From positions 3,980-67,979 of the forward strand of contig CAYGQE010000028.1 of assembly GCA_964351995.1 (NCBI GenBank): a stretch of 64,000 bases of DNA, written 5' to 3'. The notes under the pieces were generated by a model. It searched no databases and had not been told where the DNA came from. It saw nothing but the letters and a program-made list of their open reading frames with translations. The translations under genes were made by a program, and so were the position numbers. The DNA comes from an uncultured Acidimicrobiaceae bacterium (GTDB lineage Bacteria; Actinomycetota; Acidimicrobiia; Acidimicrobiales; SZUA-35). The stretch's first letter is position 1. Each line of letters begins with the position of its first letter. This document shows positions 39,760 through 48,639 of the stretch, piece after piece.

Positions 39760-40402
39760 CGGTGAGATACCTTTCGATCTTCGCTCGGATCGCCGTGCGT
39801 CCACGATGCAGAAGCACACGTTGGTTGACGGCCGAAATGCTCAACGCGCTGCAAGTCTCCTCGGATGCCCAACCGTGAACATCACGCAGCGTCACGACCT
39901 CTCGTTGGGAGACGGGCAGGGCGGCGATTGCAGCATCAACGACCACCCGAAGTTCAGCCGCTTCCGCTTTCTCCGAAGGCAGCGTCCATGTCGGAGGTGG
40001 CTTGGACCAGTGTCCGGCATATTCGCCAGTCGACTCGTAGTTCTCGTAACCGACGGCGGGCCTTGTGTTATCACGGTCGTAGCCCATCGACGTGAACGGA
40101 ACGATCTTGGATTCACGCTTGGCGAGCGTGCGGGTCTTGTTCATCGCGATGCGGAAAATCCATGTTTTCAGCGATGACCGTTCTTCGAACGCATCGATCG
40201 AACGAACGACGGCGATCCACGTCTCCTGCACCACCTCTTCTGCGAGAGCGTCCGGCAAATACATCTTGGCCACGCGCAAGAGCAGTGGGTTGAGCTCCAA
40301 GACGAGACAACGGAACGCCGAGTGGTCGCCAGAGCGCAGGGCGTCAAGCGACCAGACTTCGGAAGTAGCCCTTCGTTCGATCGTTGGTTCTTGGCTGCGC
40401 AC
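39752..40402 (-). CDS. ECF RNA polymerase sigma factor
   Basis: EEVVQETW, FEERSSLKTW and QRVLLHRGR. Confidence 0.9.
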   Translation of the reverse strand: MRSQEPTIERRATSEVWSLDALRSGDHSAFRCLVLELNPLLLRVAKMYLPDALAEEVVQETWIAVVRSIDAFEERSSLKTWIFRIAMNKTRTLAKRESKIVPFTSMGYDRDNTRPAVGYENYESTGEYAGHWSKPPPTWTLPSEKAEAAELRVVVDAAIAALPVSQREVVTLRDVHGWASEETCSALSISAVNQRVLLHRGRTAIRAKIERYLTGE

Positions 40403-41178
40403 AGACCACAGTGTCTACCGGCTCTCAGCCGTTCGCCCCACCGAGCAAGGCCATCGATCCTTCCAGAATTACCACGCCCTGGCGACATCTGAGTCCGCAG
40501 CAGCAAGGATGTTTGCGGACAAAGCATCGATGACAGATCTGAAGCAGAACCTTCCCGCTGACCTTACGACTGTCCGGGCCTGTCAAGCTCGGCTCACGCT
40601 GGTTCAACGGTGGTCTGCCCGCGAGGTGCCTCACTCCGTCGGCTGGGAGGAGATCTGCTGTCGAATCGCGGAAGCCTCGATATCTCGGCTTGAGAGCAGC
40701 TTGCCTCAGGCGTCCTTCGAGTGGCTGGCTGGACAATCCGGCGCGAGTCGACGTCGACGTTGACATCGCTGAGAACGGCCACGAGAGAGCAATCCAAGGA
40801 GGGTCTAGCGCTCCCGCTCGGACTCGAGCCAAGATCTGGCACTACAAGTCAGCTCCTTCGGCACCGCGATGACGGCCAAGGCTTTCAACCGGTCAGGCCT
40901 GCGAAGCACCTCGAAGCCGTTGGCGGACAGCGGATCGGAATCCGGCTGGCTTCGCGGTGACATCTGGCGAAGCGGCCAGCAATGTCGAGTAGCTGGTCCG
41001 TAGGCATAACAGTGGTGAAGTGAGTTCCCGAGCAACTGCCCGAGCGACTTCCCAAGGCGGATTTCTGGCCCGATCTTTCCCGGGATCCTTCCCGCCACAC
41101 TTCCCAGGGGCGGTTCGAGGGGCCGGAGACGACCTCGGTAGCGACTTGGCCTCTGATGGTCTTTCGATCGCCCGGGTG

Positions 41179-44100
41179 CTATAGCTCGATACCCAGATCG
41201 GGTCCGTCGATGCGATGGGTGTCGACCCGTTCGAGCGCGTCGATCAGGTCCTGATTGCTTGGGCGAGCGAGTCCGAGGTCGGTTTCGAGTGTGGTCCTCG
41301 CCCTTGATCGGGCTTGATCGTCGCCGCCCTGTTCGAGTTGGTTGGTGTTGTCGTTGCGTTCGTTGGTGAGGTCGGGGAGTTGGTCGACGGCGGCTTCGAG
41401 GTCGGTGATTCGTGCGGTCAGTTCCGGGATGCCTCGGTCGGTTGCGGCAAGGTCATCCTTGAAGCCGGTGATCTTGATGGGAAGTTCGGCGACGGACTTC
41501 TTCGCTTCGTTGATGGTGTTGCGGTGTTTGCGGCGCTGGAGTGGTCGGTCGTAGGCGCCGAGGATTGCTCGGGCGTCGCCAAGCTTGATCCGAGCGTTGT
41601 CGAGTTGTTTGGCGATGCCGGGTCGTTCGGTGGTGAGTTGTTTGAGTTGGCGCCGCGTTTGGGCGAGTTCTGGTCGGGCGTGGTTGATGATGTTGGCGAG
41701 TTCGTTCTGTCGTTGTTGGAGACGATTGATCTCATCGGCCGGTAGCTGCCCTGGGAGGCGTGGTCCGGCGGCGAGTTCGCGTTGGCGGACTCGTGCTGGT
41801 TGGTCGATCCATTGGTTGGTGACGGCTGTTTTGATGGTGTCGAGGGCGGTGGGGTGGTCGGGTGCGGTGACGTACGCGGTGTTGGTGTGTCGCCCGCGGG
41901 TGAGGGCGACGTAGATGCCGGGGCTGTTGGTGGGGGTGTCGAGGACGAGGAGGGCGTGGTCGACGGTTCGTCCTTGTGCGGCGTGGCTTGTTTGGGCGTA
42001 GCCGAGTTGGACGTGTTGTTGGACGTAGTTCGCTGGCAGCCGCACCGACTCAGCGGTGTCGCCGATGCGGCTGGCGTGGATGGAGCCGTCGGTGTCGATG
42101 TTGGTGATGGTCCAGCGATCACGGTTCTTGACGGAGTGCTGTTGCGTGGTGGTGATGGTGCGTTGGTTGCGGCGGGTGACGATCTCGTCACCGACGTGGA
42201 GCCGGTCACCGGCGGGTGTGGTCAGCCGCACCCCCGAATCGTCGAGAAGGCCGGCCGTGATGAGTGTTTGTTGGGCGGTGTGGTTGAGTCGTTTGACGGT
42301 TTCGTTCGACGGTGCGAGCAGCATGACGTCGGCGCCGGCTCCACGATGTTGGTGCCAGTCGGTGATCGCTGTTTGGTCCATACGGGTGATGGTGCCGTGT
42401 TGGATCCGGCCGTGTGCGTCGTAGGTAGCGATGATGTTGGGTTTGCCTCGGCGGAGTTGGAGTGAGGCTTCTCGTTCCCATGGCTGGTGGAAGCGGCGGA
42501 CGGTGTCGAGTTCGATAGGTCCGTGGGTGTCGATGAGGTGTTGGAACATGCCGCCCCGTCCGACGGCGGAGAACTGCATCGGGTCACCGACGAGGGCGAC
42601 TCGCCAGTGTTTCTGGTCGGCGAGGATCGTGAGGTGTGCGAGGTGGCTGGTGGAGACCATCCCGGCCTCGTCGATGATGAGCGTTGATCCGGGCGGGAGG
42701 TTGAAGCGCCTCGACGGCCCGTCGGGGTGTCGGTGTTCGTAGAGCAGCTTGTCGATTGTGTCGGCTGCAACGCCGGTCTCTGAGGCGAGAACGTCGGCGG
42801 CTGCTGCGGACGGTGCGACACCAAACACCACACGCCGATCGGCCTGGAGCTGAGCGACAGCAGGGGAGAGAGCGGTGGTCTTTCCGGTGCCGGCTGGGCC
42901 GACGATCATGACGAGGTCGGCGTCACCGGCAACAGCTGCCGCAGCTTGGGACTGCGGCCCAGACAGTTCCACGTCCGACCGCGAAGCCGCTCGGGTGTTG
43001 GGGGTGCCTGGGACGTGGGAGCGGCGGTCGGCCCAGGCGGCGAGGTCGTCTTCTTGTTCGAGCACGAACTCGGTGGTGAGGGCCCGGTCGGTCGCGGGTT
43101 CAGAGTACGGACGCCCATCACGGCGGACCGTGTCGCCGTGAGGCACAGGTCGGGAGATGTCGACGCACTGCTCACCGATCGTGCGCTGGGTCCAGGTCTC
43201 GAGTTTGTCGACGAAGTCTGCGGTGTTCTGGATTGTGAAAGTGGGGAGCTGCCTGGCGATCTCGCGTGAGAGCTCGGCTGGCCGCCAAGACGACTGTGAC
43301 TCCTCGAGCGCCTTCATCGCGCCGTTGCAGGCGATCTCCCAATTACGATCCGTCAACACCCGCCCGGCAATCCGGCCGATGACGAACCGCTCCAACTGCC
43401 CCGGCCCGATCCCCAGTTCGACGAGTTGTTCGGTCCAGTGGGTGTGGAGCTCAGCGGCGTTGACGTCCTTGGCTTTCACCGGTCGGGAGTCGGTGACGGC
43501 TTCGCGTTCCAGTCTCCATCGTTCGCGTGGTGTGGGGTCTCGGTCGAAGGTGTCAACGAACCGATCGATCTTGGCATCCAGACGTTTGTCGATCGCTGCG
43601 GTCCTGGTCGAGAACTCGGCCAACACCTCTGATGGGAAGTGGGCGATCTCGGCGATGCCGTTCACGACGGGTTCGAATTCGACACCGAGCCGGCGAGTGA
43701 GTTCGGTGCGCATGGTGGCGTGGTAGATCGCCGACGCCGTTCGTTGGTCGAGTTTGAGTGTTCGGGCGTCGAGGGCGAGCCATCGGCCGTCGGGGGATAG
43801 GACGCGGTTGGGGACCACGATGTGGGTGTGGAGTTGTGGGTCGAGGGCTCGGGAGGTGTGCTGCCGGAATGTGGCGGCCACGATCCCTTCGGCGTCGACG
43901 GTCGCTACCTCGCCTGCGATTCGGAATCGGGTGTGTGCGGTGCTCTGCACCCACTGGATGATCGCCGCCACGCCGGTGTCGTGCGATGCCAGAACGTCCG
44001 CACGCACCTGGTCGCTTCCGACGGCGAATAGGACCGACATCGACTTCGGTGCTGAGGCGGTGATGTCGAACCCGCGAACAGAGTTCTCCCCATACGCACG

Positions 44101-44313
44101 CCCCAACCGCAACGTCTCGTCGTGGGGGTAGGCGCCGGCCATCAGGTTCAAGAACTCGTCGTCACCAACCTCACCGCTGAGACCGAGGGCAGCGGCAGCT
44201 TTGCCGTGCCAGCGGCCCCGGGGCTCATCCGCGTCGAGGTAGTAATTCGGCAACGCATCCACGTAGTAGGAACCGGTGTCGGTTCCTTTGAGGGTGGTGA
44301 CCCGAACCGTCAT
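41179..44313 (-). CDS. MOBF (TrwC-type) relaxase-helicase
   Basis: N-terminal YY..YY, D..SAPKS.S, HTSR..DPQLHTH, Walker A GPAGTGKT, DEAGM and GYAQTSHAAQG; coiled-coil tail. Confidence 0.93.
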   Translation of the reverse strand: MTVRVTTLKGTDTGSYYVDALPNYYLDADEPRGRWHGKAAAALGLSGEVGDDEFLNLMAGAYPHDETLRLGRAYGENSVRGFDITASAPKSMSVLFAVGSDQVRADVLASHDTGVAAIIQWVQSTAHTRFRIAGEVATVDAEGIVAATFRQHTSRALDPQLHTHIVVPNRVLSPDGRWLALDARTLKLDQRTASAIYHATMRTELTRRLGVEFEPVVNGIAEIAHFPSEVLAEFSTRTAAIDKRLDAKIDRFVDTFDRDPTPRERWRLEREAVTDSRPVKAKDVNAAELHTHWTEQLVELGIGPGQLERFVIGRIAGRVLTDRNWEIACNGAMKALEESQSSWRPAELSREIARQLPTFTIQNTADFVDKLETWTQRTIGEQCVDISRPVPHGDTVRRDGRPYSEPATDRALTTEFVLEQEDDLAAWADRRSHVPGTPNTRAASRSDVELSGPQSQAAAAVAGDADLVMIVGPAGTGKTTALSPAVAQLQADRRVVFGVAPSAAAADVLASETGVAADTIDKLLYEHRHPDGPSRRFNLPPGSTLIIDEAGMVSTSHLAHLTILADQKHWRVALVGDPMQFSAVGRGGMFQHLIDTHGPIELDTVRRFHQPWEREASLQLRRGKPNIIATYDAHGRIQHGTITRMDQTAITDWHQHRGAGADVMLLAPSNETVKRLNHTAQQTLITAGLLDDSGVRLTTPAGDRLHVGDEIVTRRNQRTITTTQQHSVKNRDRWTITNIDTDGSIHASRIGDTAESVRLPANYVQQHVQLGYAQTSHAAQGRTVDHALLVLDTPTNSPGIYVALTRGRHTNTAYVTAPDHPTALDTIKTAVTNQWIDQPARVRQRELAAGPRLPGQLPADEINRLQQRQNELANIINHARPELAQTRRQLKQLTTERPGIAKQLDNARIKLGDARAILGAYDRPLQRRKHRNTINEAKKSVAELPIKITGFKDDLAATDRGIPELTARITDLEAAVDQLPDLTNERNDNTNQLEQGGDDQARSRARTTLETDLGLARPSNQDLIDALERVDTHRIDGPDLGIEL

Positions 44314-44764
44314 CGCCAAGCCTCGGGAAGGGTGTGGGAAGTTGCCCGGGAGAGCACAAGCGCAGCTGTGCACTCGTCTGTTCTTTGGGTGTTGGATCTT
44401 TCCCGAGGCATGCGCCGAGGGTGCGGTCGCTTGTCGAGGACGTATGTGAAAACGAACTCCATGCCATAGCTACGTGCATGCGACGGCTCTGTTTGTGACA
44501 AGAAATCGCGAGAAGCCGTCCTCGTCGGGGCTCGTTGTGGGTGGAAGGTGATCTCGCCTGGCCCCGACGATCGGGGACTGCTGCGGATGACCCCGGCGAC
44601 GAGCCGCATCCCTTGGGAAGTGAAGCCCCGTCGCTCCTGTCCGCGGCGTGTCACTTCATCTTGCGGGGCCTTGCGATGTCTTCGGTTGAGGTCAGCGCAT
44701 CAAGGTCGCCGACCGGCGTGCCGACGTCCAACGCCCAACCCGTCTCGTCCTTTACGATCGGAGG

Positions 44765-45670
44765 GTGCTGTACGACGTGTTTGTGTGTCATGCGAGTGAG
44801 GACAAGGACGATTTCGTTCGACCGCTCGTCGAACGGCTCAGGGAGGAGCACGTCGAGGTCTGGTACGACGAGTTCAGCCTGAGGGTCGGCGACAGCCTGC
44901 GGAGATCGATAGACGTCGGGCTACGCCAATCCCTGTTCGGGATCGTCGTGCTCAGCCCGCACTTCTTTGAGAAGCAATGGTCACAGTGGGAACTTGACGG
45001 CCTGGTTGCCCGGCAGAACGACGGTGCCAACGATGTGATCTTGCCGATCTGGCACGGAATTGACCGGAGCGACATCATGGCCTACGACATCCACGGTCAA
45101 ATCGCTTCCCTTGAGGGTCTCGTCGGTCTCGTCGAGAGCCTTAGTGATGCTGACTTCGTGTTTTTGGGTGACTACATCAACAAGGGAAGGGCCTCTCGCG
45201 AGGTGCTCACGCTCCTTCTCGAACTCGAGACCGCAGGGCGAGCGACTGTCCTCGGCGGCAACCATGAGGCCGCCCTACTGGAGGCACTGGATACGGGGGA
45301 GGTGGCGAGCTTTCTCAGGATGGGAGGGGCGGCCACAATCCGCTCGTTCGTGGGGCCAAGAGTTGGACCGAACGTGACCGAAGGGTTCCGCAATTCCTTC
45401 CCTGACAACCTCGTGCAATTCCTACGCCGGATGCCCGACGCGTACGAAGACGAAGAGGTCATCGCTACTCATGCTGGAACAAGGACCGGGAAATTCTCCG
45501 TTTCTGCACACTCGTACGTAGGCCCAGTGCCACGAGTCGGTCCGATGGCGGCCGAAGTCGACACCGGGTGTGGATCCAAAGGCGGAATCCTGACGGCCTT
45601 CTTCTGGCCAGCTCGGACCTGGGTGCAGGTCGATGAGAACGGGAATCGAGTTCGGTCCGAGATCCGGTAG
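44765..45670 (+). CDS. TIR domain fused to PPP-type metallophosphoesterase
   Basis: YDVFVCHASEDK..VWYD..GDSL..LSPHFF..WSQWEL (TIR), then DIHG, GDYINKG, GNHE, THAG and DTG. Confidence 0.85.
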   Translation: MLYDVFVCHASEDKDDFVRPLVERLREEHVEVWYDEFSLRVGDSLRRSIDVGLRQSLFGIVVLSPHFFEKQWSQWELDGLVARQNDGANDVILPIWHGIDRSDIMAYDIHGQIASLEGLVGLVESLSDADFVFLGDYINKGRASREVLTLLLELETAGRATVLGGNHEAALLEALDTGEVASFLRMGGAATIRSFVGPRVGPNVTEGFRNSFPDNLVQFLRRMPDAYEDEEVIATHAGTRTGKFSVSAHSYVGPVPRVGPMAAEVDTGCGSKGGILTAFFWPARTWVQVDENGNRVRSEIR

Positions 45671-45705
45671 AGGATGGCTGATTCAAGAGGCTTCGATCGG
45701 CGACG

Positions 45706-47130
45706 TCAGCTTTCTTCCGCTCGTTGAACCAACCAAGCGGCTTTCTCCTCACCCTTTGCGTCTCGTATGCCTTGATTGAGTTCTAGACACTGTTGGGCCC
45801 AAGTTCGTTCGTCGGCTGAATTGCCGAGGGAGCGTGCGGCCTGAGCCATCAACCGAAGCGAGATCGCTTCGCCTCGTTGGTTCCCAGTGTTGCGGTTTAT
45901 CGCACGAGCCCGTTCAGCATGGCTCAACGCGGATGTGGCATCGCTTTGGCGGATGCTGATCTGCGCCAGAAGAACTGCGCAATTCGCGCGAAGACTCGGC
46001 AGATCGCCAGTAAGGAGTTGCTCTGCTTCGCGTGCAAGGCCGTGAGCTTCGTCAAGGTTTTGGAGCGCCACCTCGGCTCTCGCCATGTTGATAAGCGATT
46101 GTGCTACGTCAGCAGGCGAACCGCTGTTGCGGCGAAGTTCAAGAGACTCTGAGAAGTGTTCGATGGCGGTGAATGGCCTACCCATGGCCTTCTCGGCAAG
46201 CCCGAGATCATCGAGAATCCGAGCCCGGACAATGGCCGCATCTTCAGATTCCGGGAGCATGTGAAGCGCTGCTTTGAGCTTCTCGATTGCCTCGAGCGGC
46301 TCCGACGCTTGGCGAAGGAGCCTTGCGTGAGCAGCGAAGACTTCGGCGGTGTGGATGTCCCAGAGCGCTCCGTGGTGGGCGGTCGCCACTTCGATTGCCC
46401 TAGCGGTTCTTTCCAAAGCTTCGTCGATCCGGCCCACCCTTGCGAGATGTTTCGCAAGCGCCAGCAATTCACCAGAACCACCAAGGTCAACTGCTCGCTC
46501 AAGCCGAGCGATTCCTAGGTCCACGACTCCTAGTGAGATCAGACGCTCGCCTTCCAGTCGAGCGGTTTGAGCTCCCAGCACGTCTAATCCTGACGCGGGA
46601 AGCAGGTTGACCGCTCGCACCACCTTGGCTTCAGAATTTGCCCATCCTCGCAGCCGTCTTCCGAGCCTCTCTTTGAGGTCGGCGGGATTCGAGGGGTTTT
46701 CATACAGGAGGGCGTGATGCTCTTCCATTGAGTGTCTGAGTGCTCGAACTTGATCTTCAGGCTCTCGACCGGGCATGAATGCAACCCAGATGTCGCGCAT
46801 CGGACTCTCCGGCCTGCCAAGCGCCAACAGACCGGTGAACAGCTCCTCCTCGGTCCCGGATGAATAGCCAGTCTGGCCGCCAGGATTGCTGCCCCAGCGT
46901 TCCTTGAACATGACAATCATGAAGTCGCACGACTCCACGAAACGGTTGATCTCTGATTGGGGCCGGACCGTTGTGCCGCTGATATGTTCCCACCCGACCA
47001 GCGCAATCTCAGGAGTCTTGCGATCGGGCAACCCGTTGTACGCAGTCACCTCGTCTCGGATCACCTGACGTTCAGCGTCAAGGTCCCCGGGTGACGCAAG
47101 GAATACTCGGAATGGGCGCGGTGTAAGCAC
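45706..47130 (-). CDS. DUF4062 (TIR-like) + TPR protein
   Basis: RVFLASPGDL..ER, CD..I..RWGS and SGTEEE, followed by TPR-like helical repeats. Confidence 0.8.
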   Translation of the reverse strand: MLTPRPFRVFLASPGDLDAERQVIRDEVTAYNGLPDRKTPEIALVGWEHISGTTVRPQSEINRFVESCDFMIVMFKERWGSNPGGQTGYSSGTEEELFTGLLALGRPESPMRDIWVAFMPGREPEDQVRALRHSMEEHHALLYENPSNPADLKERLGRRLRGWANSEAKVVRAVNLLPASGLDVLGAQTARLEGERLISLGVVDLGIARLERAVDLGGSGELLALAKHLARVGRIDEALERTARAIEVATAHHGALWDIHTAEVFAAHARLLRQASEPLEAIEKLKAALHMLPESEDAAIVRARILDDLGLAEKAMGRPFTAIEHFSESLELRRNSGSPADVAQSLINMARAEVALQNLDEAHGLAREAEQLLTGDLPSLRANCAVLLAQISIRQSDATSALSHAERARAINRNTGNQRGEAISLRLMAQAARSLGNSADERTWAQQCLELNQGIRDAKGEEKAAWLVQRAEES

Positions 47131-47288
47131 TTTGGGAACCTAGCCGTCGCTAGGTGGAGAGCTGGCCGATGTGCAAGTTGGCAGAAGCAGTCGCTGCGTG
47201 CCGAACCGCGTCCGTTAGTCGGTGAATCTGGGTTCCTTCCCGATGGCATAACCCTTGAAGGACTGCCGCGAGCCGTTGCGCTAGGGGG

Positions 47289-48398
47289 TCAGTTGCGTTT
47301 CAGGTCCAAATTCTTTGGCATCCTGGCCTCGATGGCCGCAGCGATCTCGGCGTCCCGGCTCTCGGAGGCTTTGAGGTAGCGGAGCGATGCATCGGACGAG
47401 GAGTGACCCATGCGGGACATGATCTCTCGAAGCGAAGCGCCGGCTGTTGCTGCCGATGTCCCGGCGAGATGCCGCAGATCGTGGAACCGCGTGGTGCTTG
47501 GAAGTCCAGCTTGCACCAACGCCTTCTTCCAGTACGGGGCGAAGTACCGGTTGAGCAGCGGGCTGCCCTTCAACGACGTGAAAACGAAGGCGTGCGGTTC
47601 ATCTAAGGCGAACGTGTCGAGGTGATCGGCGAGTAGCTCGGCTGTGCTCGATGGGATCGAGACGGTTCGGTGAGCGGCGTTTGACTTCGGCGGGCCGAGC
47701 GTCGGCCCTTCTCCTCTGATGAACATGAGCGCTTGGTCGACTCGCAGTGTTCGTTCCTCGAGGTCGACGTTGGCCCGGGTGAGGCCGGTGAGTTCGCCGA
47801 AGCGAAGGCCTGAGGTTGCGGCCACCCACACGAGGGCGCTGAAGCGAGGTTCGATGACCGAGGCAAGCTTCTGCACGTCATCCCAATCGAGAGGCGGCCG
47901 CTCGGCCATCTGCTCGACGGCTGCGCCCTTGATGTGGACCGGGTTGACCCGGAGCAGTCCGTCGTCGACGGCGGTGTCCATCATCGTGCGGAACAGTCGG
48001 TAGATCTTCGCCACCGTGTTGGGGTGCTTCTTCGATTTGGCTTGCCGCCCATGCCACGAGCGAACAGCAGTGGGTGTGATCTTGCGCAGCTCGACGCTTT
48101 CGAACTCTTCGAGAATGTGGGCGAGCTGTGACTCGTAGGTGTCTCGAGTTCGTGGCCTAACGTCACGCGCCTCGAGCCAACGACGCGAGTAGTTGCCGAA
48201 CGTTTCCCGACCGCTCGACGGGTCGACGTGACGTCCGCCGAGGATCTCGGTTTCCATCGTGGCGAGCCACGCTCGCGCCTCGGCCTTGGTGGCGAACGTG
48301 GTGTCCGCCGGCACCTGATTTCCGAGGCGGTAGTAGCGCGCCTGATAGCGCCCGCTCTTCAGTTTGCGAATGTTCCCGAACGGCCTGCTGGACCCCAT
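47289..48398 (-). CDS. int: Tyrosine recombinase/integrase
   Basis: SGRYQARY arm-binding domain; SGLRFGE, PKS, HDLRH, MGHS and LRY catalytic residues. Confidence 0.95.
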   Translation of the reverse strand: MGSSRPFGNIRKLKSGRYQARYYRLGNQVPADTTFATKAEARAWLATMETEILGGRHVDPSSGRETFGNYSRRWLEARDVRPRTRDTYESQLAHILEEFESVELRKITPTAVRSWHGRQAKSKKHPNTVAKIYRLFRTMMDTAVDDGLLRVNPVHIKGAAVEQMAERPPLDWDDVQKLASVIEPRFSALVWVAATSGLRFGELTGLTRANVDLEERTLRVDQALMFIRGEGPTLGPPKSNAAHRTVSIPSSTAELLADHLDTFALDEPHAFVFTSLKGSPLLNRYFAPYWKKALVQAGLPSTTRFHDLRHLAGTSAATAGASLREIMSRMGHSSSDASLRYLKASESRDAEIAAAIEARMPKNLDLKRN

Positions 48399-48407
48399 GC
48401 GTGCCTA

Positions 48408-48441
48408 CTGTTCTCCGTTGTTCTAGGCACACTCTAGGCAC
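48408..48441 (+). repeat. Putative integrase arm-type sites upstream of int
   Basis: Tandem TCTAGGCAC; near-identical to 29534-29567. Confidence 0.75.
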
Positions 48442-48501
48442 GGAGACTGGCTGGGTCCAGGGTGAATATGCCGATTGGGCACTCTGACCTGGGAGTTCAT
48501 A

Positions 48502-48575
48502 TGGAGCGGGTACGGGGAATCGAACCCCGGTATTCAGCTTGGGAAGCTGATGTTCTACCATTGAACTACACCCGC
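48502..48575 (-). tRNA. tRNA-Gly(CCC)
   Basis: GCGGGTGTAGTTCAATGGTAGAACATCAGCTTCCCAAGCTGAATACCGGGGTTCGATTCCCCGTACCCGCTCCA folds as a cloverleaf with anticodon CCC and encoded CCA. Confidence 0.97.
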
Positions 48576-48639
48576 ATAACCCTCCATGTTAGTCGCTGGT
48601 GCTGGGTGAATCGACCCCGCTGCGTGGCCTTCTGGCTCA

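Larger units (their letters stand above)
29386..48549. mobile_element. ~19 kb integrative mobilizable element at tRNA-Gly(CCC)
   Basis: 48-bp direct repeats, integrase beside the tRNA, MOBF relaxase; no T4SS or coupling protein seen. Confidence 0.9.

Noticed and set aside
41179-48398. Self-transmissible ICE/AICE or prophage
   Set aside because: No T4SS, coupling protein, FtsK/TraB, Rep or phage structural genes recognised.
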